Below are positions 8,942 through 17,690 of a stretch of 64,000 nt of DNA, piece by piece. Numbering within the stretch: the first letter of the stretch is position 1; each line of letters starts with the position of its first letter. Position numbers and translations under genes: made by a program. Under the pieces are notes generated by a model. That model was not told the origin of the DNA. It ran no database searches and was given only the letters and a program-made list of their open reading frames with translations. The stretch comes from Candidatus Sericytochromatia bacterium (GTDB lineage Bacteria > Cyanobacteriota > Sericytochromatia > S15B-MN24 > VGJW01), in contig JAYKIS010000037.1 of NCBI GenBank assembly GCA_035286125.1, positions 5,365 to 69,364 of the forward strand, read 5' to 3'.

Positions 8942-11081
8942 GGAAGCGCTTGCCCTCCCGGGCCATCTCGACCAGCATTGCGCACGGCATGAAACGGTCC
9001 CCGCATGTGGCCTTCAGGCGCTCCATCCGGGCGACGATATCGGCGGGACCCACCAGGTCGACATAGCGGAAGGGGCCGCCCGTGAAGGGCGGGAAGCCCA
9101 AGCCCAGGATGGCGCCCAGGTCGCCATCCCGCGCGCTGCCCAGAATTCCTTCCTCGAGGCACCGCACGGCTTCGTTGACCATCAGCAACGCCAGGCGATC
9201 CACCATCTCGGCAGCCGGGAAGGACTTGCGCGAGGGGCCTCCGAAGAAGCCGTAGACCTCGGGATTGACCTGCTTCTTGCCCGACTTGCCCTTCTTCTCG
9301 GGTGGATAAAGGTAGAAGCCCTTGGCATTCTTGCGGCCGCAGTAGCCGGCATCAACGAGTTTCGCGGCTGCCGGACTGGTCTTCCAGCCGCGCTCGGCGA
9401 AGGCAGCACCCAGATCCCGGGCGATGTGCGCGCCCACGTCGATGCCGACCTCATCGAGGAGTGCGATGGGGCCCACGGGAAAGCCGAAGTCCTTCAGGGC
9501 CTTGTCCAGGGCCTCGATATCCGCCCCTTCCTCAAGCAGCAGCATGGCTTCCCCGACGAAGGGGGCCAGGATGCGGGTGGTGTAGAAACCCGGTCCATCC
9601 TTCACGACGATGCAGGTCTTGCCCTGCTTGACGCCGTAGGCGAGGGCCGTTGACAGCGCCCAGTCGGCCGTCTTGTCCGTCACGATGATCTCGAGCAGGG
9701 GCATCTTGGGCACAGGCGAGAAATAGTGCATGCCAAGGACGCGTTCGGGATGTTTCGCACCCTCGGCGATCCGGCCAATCGGCAGGGCCGAGGTGTTCGA
9801 CGCGAAGACGGCCTGCGGATGCAGCACGGCCTCGGCGTCTGCCAGGATCTGGCGCTTGAGCTCCAGCTTCTCGAAGACGGCCTCGATGACCAACTCGCAA
9901 CCGGCCAGGTCCTGCGTGTCTGTCGAGAACACGAGGTTCGACCATTGGCGGTCACGTTCGAGGCGCGTCAGGCTGCCCGACTTCTCGCGCTTGGCAAGGC
10001 CTGCGTCGAGGTTCTTTGCTGCCTTGCCCAGCGAAGCTGGCGTCAGGTCCTTGAGTACGACGGTGTTCTGGCTCATCGAGACGGCGGCGATGCCTTCGCC
10101 CATGAAGCCGGCACCCAGGATGCCCAGGCGGGAGACGCGCCGGGGAGGCGGCAAGTGCTCGCCGGCCTTCTTGACGTCCGTCATCGCGAGGAACAGCTTG
10201 ATCAGCGCCTTGCCCTTGCTGTCGCCGACCAGCGCGCCGAAGCCTTGCTGCTCGGCAGCTGCACCGGCCCGGAAGCCCCGCGCCTGTCCCGCCTCGATGC
10301 AGTCGAGGATGCGCAGGGGGGCGGGATACAGCCCGCGGGTCTTGCGCAGGACATCCTTGCGCGCCTGTCCGAGAATGAACGCGCGGCCCGGTCCCGTTGC
10401 CGCGAGGCGATCGAGGGGGGTCGGCTTGCGGGGCTTGCGCCGCAGCGAACCCTCTGCGAGCTGCAGGGCGGCGCGGGCGGCCACGTCGACGATGCCTCTG
10501 GGCGAGGTCAGGTGATCGACCAACCCCAGCTTGAAGGCCTTGCGCGCCTTGAATCTGCTGCCAGTCAGGATGGCCGGAAGCGCGGCAGCCAGGCCGATCA
10601 GCGCCGGCAGGCGCTGGGTTCCGCCGGCTCCGGGCAGGACGCCCAGCTGGACCTCGGGAAGGGCCAACTGCGTCTTGGAGTCATCGCTGGCGACCCGGTA
10701 ATGGCAGGCCAGGGCCACCTCGAGGCCCCCGCCCAGCGCGACGCCGTGGATGGCGGCCACGATGGGCTTGCGGCTGGCGGCCACACGATCCAGCAGGCGA
10801 TGTCCCTCGGTCACGAGTGCCGTGCCCTGGGCCGCGTCGAGGCCCACGAACTGTTTCAGGTCCGCGCCGGCGATGAAGCTGTCCGGCTTGGCGCTGGCCA
10901 GCACGCCCGCCTTGAGCGAGGGATCTGCTTCGAAGCCGTCGAGTGCAGCCGCGAAGTCGCCGAAGAACCGGCTGGACAAGATGTTGACGGGACTTTCCGG
11001 CGTGTCGAACCACAGGATGCCGACGCCGTCGGGACGCTTCTCGAGGCGGATGGCCGGGGGCTGTTCGGTCAGGTTGGACAT
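8931..11081 (-). CDS. fadJ: Fatty-acid oxidation complex alpha subunit (enoyl-CoA hydratase / 3-hydroxyacyl-CoA dehydrogenase)
   Basis: N-terminal crotonase fold (FIAGADLKQF, AAIHGVALGGGLEVALAC) and an NAD-binding GILGAGFMGEGIA. The 716-aa length is typical. It follows the thiolase gene, as in fadIJ. Confidence 0.9.
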   Translation of the reverse strand: MSNLTEQPPAIRLEKRPDGVGILWFDTPESPVNILSSRFFGDFAAALDGFEADPSLKAGVLASAKPDSFIAGADLKQFVGLDAAQGTALVTEGHRLLDRVAASRKPIVAAIHGVALGGGLEVALACHYRVASDDSKTQLALPEVQLGVLPGAGGTQRLPALIGLAAALPAILTGSRFKARKAFKLGLVDHLTSPRGIVDVAARAALQLAEGSLRRKPRKPTPLDRLAATGPGRAFILGQARKDVLRKTRGLYPAPLRILDCIEAGQARGFRAGAAAEQQGFGALVGDSKGKALIKLFLAMTDVKKAGEHLPPPRRVSRLGILGAGFMGEGIAAVSMSQNTVVLKDLTPASLGKAAKNLDAGLAKREKSGSLTRLERDRQWSNLVFSTDTQDLAGCELVIEAVFEKLELKRQILADAEAVLHPQAVFASNTSALPIGRIAEGAKHPERVLGMHYFSPVPKMPLLEIIVTDKTADWALSTALAYGVKQGKTCIVVKDGPGFYTTRILAPFVGEAMLLLEEGADIEALDKALKDFGFPVGPIALLDEVGIDVGAHIARDLGAAFAERGWKTSPAAAKLVDAGYCGRKNAKGFYLYPPEKKGKSGKKQVNPEVYGFFGGPSRKSFPAAEMVDRLALLMVNEAVRCLEEGILGSARDGDLGAILGLGFPPFTGGPFRYVDLVGPADIVARMERLKATCGDRFMPCAMLVEMAREGKRFHED

Positions 11082-11108
11082 GGCAGGATTCCTGGCGTGA
11101 GGTGGCGA

Positions 11109-12410
11109 TCAGGCGATGGCGTCGAGGACAAGGGCGTGGCCGAGTGCGCCCGCGGCACAGGCGCTGACGACGGCGTGGCGGCCGCCGCCCGCCGCGAGGC
11201 GTTGGGCCGCCATCATCACGAGGCGGGCCCCCGTCGCTCCGAAGGGATGTCCGATCGAGAGCGAACCGCCCCAGGCATTGAGGCGTTCGTCGGGCACTTC
11301 GCCCAGGGCTCCGTCCGCCCCGAGGCGGTCCCGGCAGAAGGCCGCGTCCTGCATCAGTTTCTGGATGGCGAGGACAGGGGAAGCGAAGGCCTCGTGAATC
11401 TCGAAGACGTCGATGTCCGCCAGCGCCAGTTCCGCCGCGCGCAGGGCCGCAGGGACCGCCAACGCGGGTCCCAGAAGCAGCTCCTCGACGGGGTCGAGGC
11501 CGACGAACGAGGAGCTCCGGAATGCCGCGAGCGGCTGCAGGCCCAGCGATTGGGCGGCTTCCTCGCTGGTGATGAGCACGGCTGATGCGCCATCCGTCAG
11601 GAACGAGCTGTTGCCGGCCGTCACGGTCCCGAACTTCCGATCGAAGACCGGGGACAGCTTCGCAAGTTTTTCGAGGCTGGTGTCCCCACGGATGCCGTTG
11701 TCCGCGGCTACGGGTTCGAACGTCGGTGCCACGGGCACGGGCACGATCATGCGGGCGAGGTCGCCGCGTTCCGCAGCCTTGGCCGCGTTCACGTGTGAGG
11801 CCACGGCGAGGCGATCCTGCGCCTCGCGGGTGATCCCGAGGGCCTTGGCGAGACGCTCGGCGTTGTCCCCCATCGTCAGGCCGGTCGAGAACTCGGCGAT
11901 GGCCGGCGCATCGGGGACCAGATCCCGGGCCTTCAGGCCAGCTGCGAGCTTGAGGAGGTCTGCAGGGCCTCGGGCCTTCTGGGCGGCGATCAGGCGCTTG
12001 CGAACCGGCCGGCTGTAGCGGATGGGCACGTCCGAGAGCGTTTCCGCCCCGCCCGCGATCACGATGTCCGCCGACCCCGACGTGATGGCCTCGATGGCGC
12101 TCATGATGGCGACGTTCGAGGATGTGCACGCCGCACTCACGGTAAAGGCGGGGCAAGCCTGCGGCAGGCCGCACGCGAGGCCGACCTCACGGGCCAGGTT
12201 GGAGGTCCGGGGTTCCGAGATGACCGTGCCCAGGATCATGCGGTCGACGCTTGCGGGATCGAGGCGTGTACGCGTCAGCAGTCCGGCCACCGCGGCCCGG
12301 GCAAGGTCGTAGGCCCGCCAGTCCATGAAGGCGGTTCCGGACCGCATGAACGGGGTCCTTGCCCCGGCCACGAGCACGGCGCGGCGGCCACGATAGCGGA
12401 CAGCGGACAT
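11109..12410 (-). CDS. fadI: 3-ketoacyl-CoA thiolase
   Basis: Thiolase motifs (VSAACTSS active-site Cys region; C-terminal CAAGALG). Start taken at ATG 12410 (MSAVRYRGRRAVLVAGARTPF). The track ORF begins 35 codons upstream. Confidence 0.9.
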   Translation of the reverse strand: MSAVRYRGRRAVLVAGARTPFMRSGTAFMDWRAYDLARAAVAGLLTRTRLDPASVDRMILGTVISEPRTSNLAREVGLACGLPQACPAFTVSAACTSSNVAIMSAIEAITSGSADIVIAGGAETLSDVPIRYSRPVRKRLIAAQKARGPADLLKLAAGLKARDLVPDAPAIAEFSTGLTMGDNAERLAKALGITREAQDRLAVASHVNAAKAAERGDLARMIVPVPVAPTFEPVAADNGIRGDTSLEKLAKLSPVFDRKFGTVTAGNSSFLTDGASAVLITSEEAAQSLGLQPLAAFRSSSFVGLDPVEELLLGPALAVPAALRAAELALADIDVFEIHEAFASPVLAIQKLMQDAAFCRDRLGADGALGEVPDERLNAWGGSLSIGHPFGATGARLVMMAAQRLAAGGGRHAVVSACAAGALGHALVLDAIA

Positions 12411-12493
12411 GGACGGGGACCTCGTGCTTGGCTGCGGACAGGTTGCGGATGTCTTGGACGGTCGTCCTAATCTGACCTTACCACGCGAGGGGC

Positions 12494-12542
12494 GGGGGGA
12501 AACCCCCAAAGGCAACGGGCGGCCTCTCGAGGAGACCGCCCG
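12494..12542 (-). terminator. Stem-loops downstream of tRNA-Thr
   Basis: On the minus strand: CGGGCGG-N13-CCGCCCG, followed by TTGCCTTTGGGGGTTTCCCCCC. The second part is a GGGGG-TTT-CCCCC mini-hairpin in T-rich context. Confidence 0.5.
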
Positions 12543-12552
12543 TCGGCACCAG

Positions 12553-12624
12553 AGCCGAAGATGGGATTTGAACCCACAACCTACGGTTTACGAAACCGTT
12601 GCTCTGCCGTTGAGCTACTTCGGC
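12553..12624 (-). tRNA. tRNA-Thr (anticodon CGU)
   Basis: Hand-folded cloverleaf: acceptor GCCGAAG/CTTCGGC, D-arm GCTC-AACGGCA-GAGC, anticodon arm ACGGT-TTCGTAA-ACCGT, T-arm GTGGG-TTCAAAT-CCCAT. Length 72 nt. CCA is not encoded. Confidence 0.9.
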
Positions 12625-12711
12625 AAGCTTGGCCGTGCTGGTGGCCCGGGCGTACACTTTGCCATGGATATGCTCGATTGTCGATGGCGGCACAGGGGGT
12701 AGCATGGGGCC

Positions 12712-14085
12712 GTGGGCATAGCCTCCCGGCGTTCCGTCCGCGCCACGATCCTCTGCGGGATCCTGGCGCTGACCGGTTGCGGGGATTCGGCAGGCCTGCC
12801 GGACGTGATGCCGCTGGCCGGGCTGCCGCCATCCCGGGTTCCCGACCGTTTCCTCTGGGGCGTCTCGGTAGCCGGACATCAGGTCGAGGGCGGCGAGGCC
12901 CCCACCCAATGGCGGGCGTGGGAACAGGCCGGGAACGTTCCGGATCGCACGCGACCGCAGGGCGATGCGTGGTGGCGCTGGCGCGAGGACCTGGCGATGG
13001 CCCGGCAGATGGGCCTGACCGCCTATCGTTTCGGGGTGGAATGGGCGCGCGTCGAACCTTCCGAGGGCGCTTTCGACGACAGGGCCTTGGCCCGGTATGC
13101 GGCCATCGCCCGCGAGGCGCGTCGCCTCGGCATGCGGCCCATCGTGACGCTGCTTCACTTTTCCTATCCGTCGTGGCTCGACAAGCCCGACTTCTATGGG
13201 CGCAAGGGCTGGGAGCGCAGGGATGCCCCTGAGCGCTTCGCGCGATATGTCGCACGGGTGGCACGCCTCATCGCGCCCGAGGACCCGCTCTGGCTGACGC
13301 TCAACGAACCGACGATGATGGCCTACAAAGGCTACGTTGACGGCCAATTTCCCCCCGGTGAGCGCGATCCATGGAAGGGCATGCTCGTCCTCGGACGCCT
13401 GCTTCAGGGCCATGTCCTCGCGCGTGAGGTCCTGAAGCAGGTTCAACCGGGGGCGCTCGTCGGGTTCACGCACTACCTGCTCGCCATGCACCCGTTCCCG
13501 ATTGCGCCGATCGGTCTCGGGGACCTGGGTCGTCCCCTGCCGCGCGTACCTTTCGGTCCCCTGGAGCCCGATCTCTGGGTGATGGACTTCCTCGAACCAC
13601 GAGCGTTGGCAGAGGTCGACTTCCTGGGCATCGACGCCTACACGGCCGTCTCCCTCTCCCGCCCCGATCCCGGTCCTTATGCCCGCTGGCCAGTGGCTCC
13701 GCATGGCCTCAGGGAAGCCGCCCGGCGCGCCTGGCACCATGTCGGCCGCAAGCCGCTGCTGTTCACCGAGAACGGCATGGCGACCGACGATGGCCGTCCC
13801 CGCCGGGATGGCTGGAGCCGTTCGGCCTACATGGTGGCCCACATCGGCATGGTCGAGGAACTGCGGCGTTCGGGCGTGCCGGTCTGGGGCTATTGCCACT
13901 GGACGCTTTACGACAACTGGGAGTGGGGCTCCCGCAAGCCACGCTTCGGCTTGTATTCGATGGATGCCGGGGATCGGGTCCGTCGGCCGACGGCAGCCGT
14001 GGCGACCTACCGACAGATCGTCCGGGACGGCGGCATTCGTCCGGCGCTCGTCGAGCAGGTCCGGCGCCTGCCTTCCGCACCCTAG
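12712..14085 (+). CDS. Glycoside hydrolase family 1 (beta-glucosidase-like) lipoprotein
   Basis: Has the GH1 acid/base motif LTLNEP and the nucleophile motif FTENG. The N-terminus has a lipobox (LALTGCG). GTG start. Confidence 0.85.
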   Translation: MGIASRRSVRATILCGILALTGCGDSAGLPDVMPLAGLPPSRVPDRFLWGVSVAGHQVEGGEAPTQWRAWEQAGNVPDRTRPQGDAWWRWREDLAMARQMGLTAYRFGVEWARVEPSEGAFDDRALARYAAIAREARRLGMRPIVTLLHFSYPSWLDKPDFYGRKGWERRDAPERFARYVARVARLIAPEDPLWLTLNEPTMMAYKGYVDGQFPPGERDPWKGMLVLGRLLQGHVLAREVLKQVQPGALVGFTHYLLAMHPFPIAPIGLGDLGRPLPRVPFGPLEPDLWVMDFLEPRALAEVDFLGIDAYTAVSLSRPDPGPYARWPVAPHGLREAARRAWHHVGRKPLLFTENGMATDDGRPRRDGWSRSAYMVAHIGMVEELRRSGVPVWGYCHWTLYDNWEWGSRKPRFGLYSMDAGDRVRRPTAAVATYRQIVRDGGIRPALVEQVRRLPSAP

Positions 14086-14447
14086 GCGGGGGCCGGAAAC
14101 CGCACGGCCAGCAGTGCCTCTTCGGCCATGCCGGATGCCTGGTACCACAGCAGATCGTCCGAATCCGGCCCCAGGATGACGGCCACGTGACCCGCCGTAG
14201 GGCCGGCCTCCCTGGGCGGATGGCACAGCCGGATGCCTGCGTCCCCCGATGGCGGATGGTCCGGACGGCGTGCGTCCCGCAACGTGATGCCCAGCGTCAT
14301 CGCGACCCCCAGGGCCATGCCGTCCCACGGGGCCTCTGCAAGCAGGACTCGGCTACCGGTGCGCGTCCCCAGCCACCCCAGTGCCAGAGTGGCCGCGGCC
14401 TCGGGCGTCTGGCAACAGGGCGCGTCTTCGTGCGGACGTGGCATCAT
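14082..14447 (-). CDS. Hypothetical 121-aa protein
   Basis: It exactly fills the gap between the GH1 and phosphatase genes. I hand-checked GC3 at roughly 80 percent G/C. I recognise no family. Its stop shares a CTAG tetranucleotide with the GH1 stop. Confidence 0.45.
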   Translation of the reverse strand: MMPRPHEDAPCCQTPEAAATLALGWLGTRTGSRVLLAEAPWDGMALGVAMTLGITLRDARRPDHPPSGDAGIRLCHPPREAGPTAGHVAVILGPDSDDLLWYQASGMAEEALLAVRFPAPA

Positions 14448-14952
14448 GCGTCCATGTCAGGTCGATTCCGGGGCGGGTGTCCACGTGCACTATGACTGGA
14501 TTACGCCTCGCGTGGCCCTGGGGTCCCGGCCCGCCAGTGCATGGGATCTCCGGGAACTGGCCCTGGAAGGAGTCACGCATGTCGTGAACATGGCGGCCGG
14601 ACTTGAACTGGGGCAGATCCTGGTCGAGGCATCCGCCGGTGGGCTCGACCCCTTGCCTGCGGTTGCCGCATTCCCCATCGGGGATGCCGAGGATGGCGCC
14701 GGTGCGCGGGGGCACCTGCTGCGCCAGGCCGTGGCGCACGTCGCTCACGTGCTGGATCAGGCCGAGGGGCATCGCGTCTATGTGCATTGCGTCCACGGGG
14801 TCTCGCGCTCGGCGACCGTCGTGCTGGGATGGCTGATGCACGATCAGGGCATCGGGGTAGGCGAGGCGTTGTCCCGGCTCAAGGCGGCGCGCCCCAAGGC
14901 CTCGCCGCATCCGCTGCTGGTGGCCGAGATGCTGGACGTACCTACGGTCTGA
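14446..14952 (+). CDS. Dual-specificity (Cys-based) protein phosphatase
   Basis: Active-site loop HCVHGVSRS (HCxxGxxRS). The start is ambiguous: ATG 14446 abuts the divergent ORF, and GTG 14485 is the alternative. Confidence 0.75.
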   Translation: MRPCQVDSGAGVHVHYDWITPRVALGSRPASAWDLRELALEGVTHVVNMAAGLELGQILVEASAGGLDPLPAVAAFPIGDAEDGAGARGHLLRQAVAHVAHVLDQAEGHRVYVHCVHGVSRSATVVLGWLMHDQGIGVGEALSRLKAARPKASPHPLLVAEMLDVPTV

Positions 14953-14965
14953 CGACCCAAGAGGA

Positions 14966-14998
14966 CGACCCCCCCGGCAAGGATTGCCGAAGGGGTCG
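14966..14998. terminator. Bidirectional stem-loop between convergent genes
   Basis: CGACCCC-cc-CGGCAA-GGA-TTGCCG-aa-GGGGTCG, lying between the stops at 14952 (+) and 15018 (-). Confidence 0.45.
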
Positions 14999-15017
14999 CT
15001 GCGACGGTCCAGAGGTC

Positions 15018-16136
15018 TCAGAACGAGACGCCGGCCTCGAAGAACGGACCGGACTCCACCGTCGCCCGGAAGGTGTCCTGCAGCGTCTTGGCCTTGGCCA
15101 CGGCATCATTCTGGATGGCAGTGGGGGCCGAGCCATTGAGCACGCTCGTGGGATTCAGGCCCGTCGGCAGGGCCGAGCCCAGCAGGCTGCCGAAGGCGGA
15201 GCCGAAGTCCGTGCCATAGCCCGTCAGCCGGAAGCGCTGGCCGAACTTGACCTTGATGCCATAAAGCGTGAAGCCGAGGGCCGCCTCGGCCTCCGCGGGG
15301 GCCAGGGTCGCGGCTGCTGCAGCTCCGTCCGCCACCGTCAGCGGCGCGATGCCGCCCAGCAGATCAAGGCCGGCGCTGACGGGACCGAGGCCCAGGCCCA
15401 GACCGTAGCCCACAAGGAACTCGTTGAGCGACACGTCCTTGTCCGGTGCGACACCCGGGATGCCCCGATAAGTCTCGCGACGGTAGCCGGCACGCAGGCC
15501 GAGCGCCTTGCCGTAGAAGCCGGTGTAGCCCTGGCTGAGCAGGGGAGAAGGGGCTGAGAGCAGCGAACTGGCAACCGAGGCAGTCTGGGCGTTTCCGGGG
15601 GCGGTCCGCATGCCCGCGGCCTCGAGGCCGCCCGAGAAGATCAAGAAGCCCAGTTCGGCCTTGAGCGCGTTGAGTGATGCGCCGCTGGAGGCCTGGGAGG
15701 CGAGCTTGGGGTTCTGCAGGTTGGGGATCGTGACCGCCGCGTTGGTCACAGGAACGGTGAAGCTGGTGTCCTCGAACGACACGAAGTTGTTGCTCACGTC
15801 CTGCTGGTATCGCGAACCTGCCATGACCTCCATCCAGAAGAAGGGGGGCAGCTTGGGAGGCCAGCCAAGGTTCATGCCGCCGGATGCCGGGGCCTCATCG
15901 GCCGTCTCCTTGGCAACCTTGCCGCTCATGACGAGGCCGTCGGTCGTGCCGCCGGGAGCCTTGGCAGGCGCAGCCGCCGGTGCGGCCGGCGCGGGAACGG
16001 CCGGGGGAGCCGGCACGGCGGGGGCATTGTCCGCGGGCGCAGGGCTGGAGCGCCGGATCTGGGCCTGGGCAGGCGCGGCGATGACAATCGAGGCTGCGAG
16101 CAGGGCAACGGTGCCGATGGGTCTGGTGATGTTCAT
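15018..16136 (-). CDS. Outer-membrane beta-barrel protein of unknown function
   Basis: Signal peptide ending AAPAQA, a Pro/Ala-rich linker, alternating Gly/aromatic-rich strands, and a C-terminal ...FFEAGVSF (terminal Phe). Confidence 0.75.
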   Translation of the reverse strand: MNITRPIGTVALLAASIVIAAPAQAQIRRSSPAPADNAPAVPAPPAVPAPAAPAAAPAKAPGGTTDGLVMSGKVAKETADEAPASGGMNLGWPPKLPPFFWMEVMAGSRYQQDVSNNFVSFEDTSFTVPVTNAAVTIPNLQNPKLASQASSGASLNALKAELGFLIFSGGLEAAGMRTAPGNAQTASVASSLLSAPSPLLSQGYTGFYGKALGLRAGYRRETYRGIPGVAPDKDVSLNEFLVGYGLGLGLGPVSAGLDLLGGIAPLTVADGAAAAATLAPAEAEAALGFTLYGIKVKFGQRFRLTGYGTDFGSAFGSLLGSALPTGLNPTSVLNGSAPTAIQNDAVAKAKTLQDTFRATVESGPFFEAGVSF

Positions 16137-16154
16137 GGTGTCGGGGGAGCCTCC

Positions 16155-17609
16155 TCAGGTCTCCAGGGCATGGTCCAGCAGCAGGCTGGCCTCTCCAAGG
16201 CTCTTGCGCTTCAGCGCCGATTCGACTTTGGCAATGTCGGATCGGAGCTTCGCTGCCTTGGTCACGGTGGGGTCCGCGAGCAATTCGGAGGTGCGCAGCA
16301 GGTCCATCGCGGCCTTGCGCGCGGCCGCATGCTGGCCACCCTTGATTTCGTTGGCGCAGGATTCGGCCAGATCCGCCATCTGGTTCGAGCGATTCACGAT
16401 GAGCCCGTCGAAGACCTCGGCGGTGCGCGCGAGGACGCTGGCGCTACGCAACAGGTTGGGGTCGATTTCGCCCTTCATCATCTTGCGGAGCGCCATCCCG
16501 CCCTTGATGAGCTCGACGGCCCGGCCGAAGACCTGATCTCCCATCACGGCGCTGCCGCAATGGACCAGGATGGCAAGCGGCACGACGAAGGGATACTGCC
16601 TGGCCTTGAGGGTCTCGACCAGTTGCAGCAACTGCTTGTCGATGAGCTTCCACTTGTCCTGATTGCCCACGGCCGAGACCTCGGTCCGATCGGTGACTTC
16701 GGGAATCTCGACGTCCTCGCCACCTGCAGCCACGACCGAACCTGCCGTGATGACCTGTTCCGACAGATCGGCGACCGCAGCGAAGTCCTTGGCAGTGAGG
16801 CCCTTGAGCAGCTTGCCGCCGACCTTGGCCAGGAACCGCGACTGGCGGTGCATCTCCTTGTCGAGACGGACGAGGCGGACGTCGAAGTCGCGGCACCACG
16901 TTTCGATCGTGTCGGGCTCCCGGGCCTCGAGTGCTTCCTGCAGCTTGGGGACGATGCCGCGAACCTCGCGAGCCTCCTTCAGAATGTCGTCGCCAAGCAG
17001 GCCGATTTCCCCCACGAGGCGCACGGCCAAAGGCTTGAGCACGGCCGCATTTCGGCTGCGAGCGGCATCCCGGAGCACCTTTTCGAGGCTGTTCAGTGCC
17101 TCGATGCGGGCTGCCTCGGTACGCAGCAGGCTGTCGGCCTCCGCCGTTCGGTCCTCGAGGAGCAGGCCGATGGCCGCGACGTCTCCGCGGTCATACATCG
17201 GCTTCAAGTCGTCGATGAGCGGCTTGCGGCGCTTGAGGTCCTTGGGCTCATCCTTGCGCCGGAAGAAGCTCTCGATGCGGATGCGCATCGTCTGCGTCAG
17301 TTCGTTGGTCTTGCTCCTGGGCTCGTCACCCTGAGCCTTTCCCCACGTGCGCCCGGTGGGCGAGGCGACGCTATCACCGGCCTTGCGTGCGGAAAAGAAG
17401 TCCTTGGGCGGAGCCTTGCCTTCGGGGACGGCGGCCGGATCCAGCTTGCCTGTACCGCGCGCCGCGAGCGGCCCGGTACCTCTTGGCGGGGCGGTGCGGC
17501 CCTTGGCGGCGATGGAGCCGGTGCGGCCCTTTCTGCCCTTTTTTCTACCCTTCTTGCCACGACCGAAGCCCCCCTTCAGGAGGTCCAGCAGTTTGTTAAG
17601 GAGGCCCAA
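16155..17609 (-). CDS. Hypothetical 484-aa helical protein with an N-terminal amphipathic helix and a polybasic tract
   Basis: No signal peptide or TM segment. N-terminus MGLLNKLLDLLKGGFGRGKKGRKKGRKGR. High GC3. Its stop is 18 nt from the OMP start. Confidence 0.7.
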   Translation of the reverse strand: MGLLNKLLDLLKGGFGRGKKGRKKGRKGRTGSIAAKGRTAPPRGTGPLAARGTGKLDPAAVPEGKAPPKDFFSARKAGDSVASPTGRTWGKAQGDEPRSKTNELTQTMRIRIESFFRRKDEPKDLKRRKPLIDDLKPMYDRGDVAAIGLLLEDRTAEADSLLRTEAARIEALNSLEKVLRDAARSRNAAVLKPLAVRLVGEIGLLGDDILKEAREVRGIVPKLQEALEAREPDTIETWCRDFDVRLVRLDKEMHRQSRFLAKVGGKLLKGLTAKDFAAVADLSEQVITAGSVVAAGGEDVEIPEVTDRTEVSAVGNQDKWKLIDKQLLQLVETLKARQYPFVVPLAILVHCGSAVMGDQVFGRAVELIKGGMALRKMMKGEIDPNLLRSASVLARTAEVFDGLIVNRSNQMADLAESCANEIKGGQHAAARKAAMDLLRTSELLADPTVTKAAKLRSDIAKVESALKRKSLGEASLLLDHALET

Positions 17610-17690
17610 TCTTCCACCTGACGGTCACGGGAGCATCGCAGTCTAGCATTACCGCCGCCCGCCCGTTGTGACCAAAGTCCGCAGACGCGC

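Noticed and set aside
12478-14328. 616-aa minus-strand ORF over the GH1 gene, and similar long antisense ORFs (191-1369, 19935-21788, 35574-37097, 37134-38849, 42437-44101, 48364-50190, 50849-52120)
   Set aside because: Each lies opposite a gene with clear family motifs and is compositionally Arg/Gly/Pro/His-biased. These are GC-driven artefacts.
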